DNA from: Candidatus Sericytochromatia bacterium
GTDB lineage: Bacteria; Cyanobacteriota; Sericytochromatia; S15B-MN24; VGJW01
Assembly (NCBI GenBank): GCA_035285865.1
Contig: JAYKHS010000028.1
Coordinates: 96,001-160,000, forward strand
Length of the DNA: 64,000 nucleotides
Reading direction: 5' to 3'
The number at the start of each line of letters is the position of its first letter. The stretch's first letter is position 1. The position numbers were made by a program, and so were the translations under genes. Below the pieces are notes generated by a model that had not been told where the DNA came from, made no database searches, and saw only the letters and a list, made by a program, of their open reading frames with translations. Below are positions 61,845 to 64,000 of this stretch, one piece after another.

Positions 61845-63170
61845 TCACCAGCGGTGCACCAGCCACCAGGCAACTCCCCAGAGGTTGATCACGGCGGCGA
61901 CGATCCCCAGGCCCAGGGTCCAGGCCGGCAGGCGTCGCGGCCAGGCGCAGGCGAGAGCCACGATGAGCCAAGGCGTGTAGTCGAGGCTGTATCGGGCGCC
62001 GAATTGGCGCCAGCCGTCACCGAAGTAGACGAGATAGAGCGCAGCCGAGGGCAACAGGGCCAGCCACGCCCAGCGGGCCCACGTCAGCAGGCGCGCTGCA
62101 CTGTCGGGGTCCACCGGCGGTTCCGGATTGTCGGTGGCCAGAGGTGCCGCCGCAGACGCGTGCACGCGGTTGCCCTCGCCTGCAGGCACAAGCCACGCGT
62201 GCGGTGCCACGACGGGCTCCGGTGCCGGCGTCGCCACAGCCGAGGCCGGGAGCCAGCCCATTCGTCCGAGCAGCAGGCGTGCCGCCGGCAGCAGGGCAAG
62301 GAATGCCGGGGTGGTCCAGAACAGCCCCAGCCCGTGGTCCGTGACGGATACGGGGGGCCAGCCCGCGTGGAAGTCGGGTCCGCGCCAGATGTAGGCCGGC
62401 AGCATCCTGATGAGGTGGTGCAGGCTGAACGGGCCGTGCTGGTAGTTCCCGTGTATCGCGCCCCAGGCTTCGTTTCCGGCGCCGTACCCGCTGTCGAGCG
62501 GATGCCCGAAGCGCGCCATGTTGAAGGCCATGTCGCATCCCGCCAGCAAGGCAGCCATCAAGGCAGCCCCGCCGACGCGCTTCGCCTTTCCGGGACCCGG
62601 CAGTAGCAGCGCGAGGATCGCCGGGCTGGCCACCACGATGGCCTCACGGGAGAGGATGGCGAGGCAGAACCAGAGGCTGACGAGCGCGCCACGCCGAGGG
62701 CCGGCGAGCTCATGGAGGGAGAGCCACAGGAACAGGTTGGCGACCAGATGTGCGTACACCCAGCTGTTGCCGTGGCTGGCGCACCACCACGCCACCGTCC
62801 CGAAGCCGTACAGGAACGTCAGGCCGTGCGTCACGCCAGGCGCGAGGGGCAGCCGCCTCAGCGTCAAGTGCGCGACCGCCACGGCAGCCGCGCCCACCAG
62901 CTTGGAAACGAGGCCCAGATCCAGGTTCAGGTGCCAGATGGCCGCCAGCGGCACCAGCAGGACCGAGGGCGCGGGGCCGAAGTAGACGTGGGCCTTGCCA
63001 TCTTTCCACGCCAGCTCGTTGAGCCAGGACGGTGGTGTGCCGATATCCAGCCTGCCTTGCAGGAAGGCCTCTGCCTGGTGCAGGTGGTAGTTGAAGTGCA
63101 TGAACTGGCCGCTGCCCGACAGCAGGTAAACGATCAGCGTGCCGATGAACCACCACAAGGCCGTGGGCAC
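61845..63170 (-). CDS. Polytopic membrane protein, GT-C-like
   Basis: Many TM helices; QAEAFLQGRL, YFGPAP, NMARFG, FGARYSLD. Confidence 0.6.
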   Translation of the reverse strand: MPTALWWFIGTLIVYLLSGSGQFMHFNYHLHQAEAFLQGRLDIGTPPSWLNELAWKDGKAHVYFGPAPSVLLVPLAAIWHLNLDLGLVSKLVGAAAVAVAHLTLRRLPLAPGVTHGLTFLYGFGTVAWWCASHGNSWVYAHLVANLFLWLSLHELAGPRRGALVSLWFCLAILSREAIVVASPAILALLLPGPGKAKRVGGAALMAALLAGCDMAFNMARFGHPLDSGYGAGNEAWGAIHGNYQHGPFSLHHLIRMLPAYIWRGPDFHAGWPPVSVTDHGLGLFWTTPAFLALLPAARLLLGRMGWLPASAVATPAPEPVVAPHAWLVPAGEGNRVHASAAAPLATDNPEPPVDPDSAARLLTWARWAWLALLPSAALYLVYFGDGWRQFGARYSLDYTPWLIVALACAWPRRLPAWTLGLGIVAAVINLWGVAWWLVHRW

Positions 63171-63171
63171 C

Positions 63172-63654
63172 TCAGCCCCTCCGTTCCTGCTGGTAGCGCC
63201 GCACGGCCGCGACGGCCAGCTTGTCACAACGTTCGTTGTAGGGGTGGCCGGCATGGCCCTTGACCCACTGCCAATCGACCTCATGCCGTGCCGCCAGCTC
63301 CTGCAGGCGCTGCCAGAGGTCCTGGTTGGCCACCGGGTCGCCCCCTGCCGTGCGCCAGCCCTTGCGCACCCAGCCGGCCATCCACTTGGTCATGCCGTCG
63401 ACGAGATAGCGAGAATCGCTCGTGATCGTGATGCGCGTCGGGCGCTTGAGCTGTTCGAGCACGAGGATGCCGCCCTTGAGTTCTTCGCGTTGGTTGGTCG
63501 TCAGGGCAGTCACGTCCGAGACGACCTCGATCTCGCGGGCGACGAGCTGCCCGTCGCGGGCCACCAGGATGGCGGCGGCAGCCCCGGGACCCGGGTTGCC
63601 CGAGCAGGACGCATCGCAGAAACCTTCGACCAGCACGACCTTATGATAGGCCAT
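63172..63654 (-). CDS. rnhA: Ribonuclease HI
   Basis: CDASCSGNPGPG, TTNQREEL, SDSRY, NQDLW, WVKGHAGHPYNERCD. Confidence 0.95.
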   Translation of the reverse strand: MAYHKVVLVEGFCDASCSGNPGPGAAAAILVARDGQLVAREIEVVSDVTALTTNQREELKGGILVLEQLKRPTRITITSDSRYLVDGMTKWMAGWVRKGWRTAGGDPVANQDLWQRLQELAARHEVDWQWVKGHAGHPYNERCDKLAVAAVRRYQQERRG

Positions 63655-64000
63655 GGGCGAGGATGTGCCCCGCAGCAGCGGCAAGGTCGGGAAAGACGGC
63701 CGTGGCCAGAGGGCCCAGCTCGTCCGCTGTCGCGACACCGCATGTGACGGCGTAGGCTCGGGCAGCGCCGCCAGCCCGCGCCATCTCGAGGTCGCCCGGA
63801 GTGTCGCCGATGGCCAGAGTGCGGTAGGCAGCCACTCCGGCCCGACGGCAGGCCTCGAGCAGGAGGTCGGGTGCCGGCTTGGCCTGCCGGACCTCGTCGC
63901 CGCCGACGAGGAGCGAAGGCAGTGGGGACAGGCCGGCTCGTGCGAGGCTCTCGAGGGCGTGGGCACGGGTGTCGGAGGTCGCAACGGCAAGCGTCCACCC
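63641..64000 (-). CDS. HAD-family hydrolase, 5' end beyond window
   Basis: KPAPD (63864-63878) and IGDTPGD HAD motifs; frame runs off the window end. Confidence 0.75.
   Translation of the reverse strand, partial: GWTLAVATSDTRAHALESLARAGLSPLPSLLVGGDEVRQAKPAPDLLLEACRRAGVAAYRTLAIGDTPGDLEMARAGGAARAYAVTCGVATADELGPLATAVFPDLAAAAGHILAHGLS

Overview
High-GC bacterial chromosomal window (about two-thirds G+C by eye), densely coding, with no integrase, transposase or CRISPR array seen. The host appears to be a motile diderm (motAB, a CheY-like regulator, outer-membrane beta-barrels, lipoproteins); a non-photosynthetic cyanobacterial relative such as Sericytochromatia is a guess only. Housekeeping genes include pckA, hisS, tRNA-Leu(TAG), an scoAB-type CoA transferase, a cyclophilin, an M16 peptidase pair, an RqcH/NFACT protein and rnhA. 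The main accessory element is a ~20 kb nonulosonic-acid (NeuB-type) glycosylation locus at 19240-39271. It has an unusual tailoring set (radical SAM, extra SDR, Gfo/DegT pair, PIG-L, WbqC, two methyltransferases, two cytidylyltransferases). It ends in two multidomain proteins, Maf/DUF115-TPR-acyl-AMP ligase and SGNH-acyl carrier protein-helical-GT-like, which together look like a carrier-protein-based acylation module coupled to glycan transfer. Other notable items: a PspA(ESCRT-III-like)/membrane coiled-coil/AAA+ ATPase operon; a membrane-anchored Cam-like gamma-carbonic anhydrase that appears to lack all three zinc ligands; an AT-rich inverted methyltransferase; a probable CTG start codon; and several outer-membrane barrel fusions near motAB. 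All family calls come from motif recognition by eye; no searches were run.
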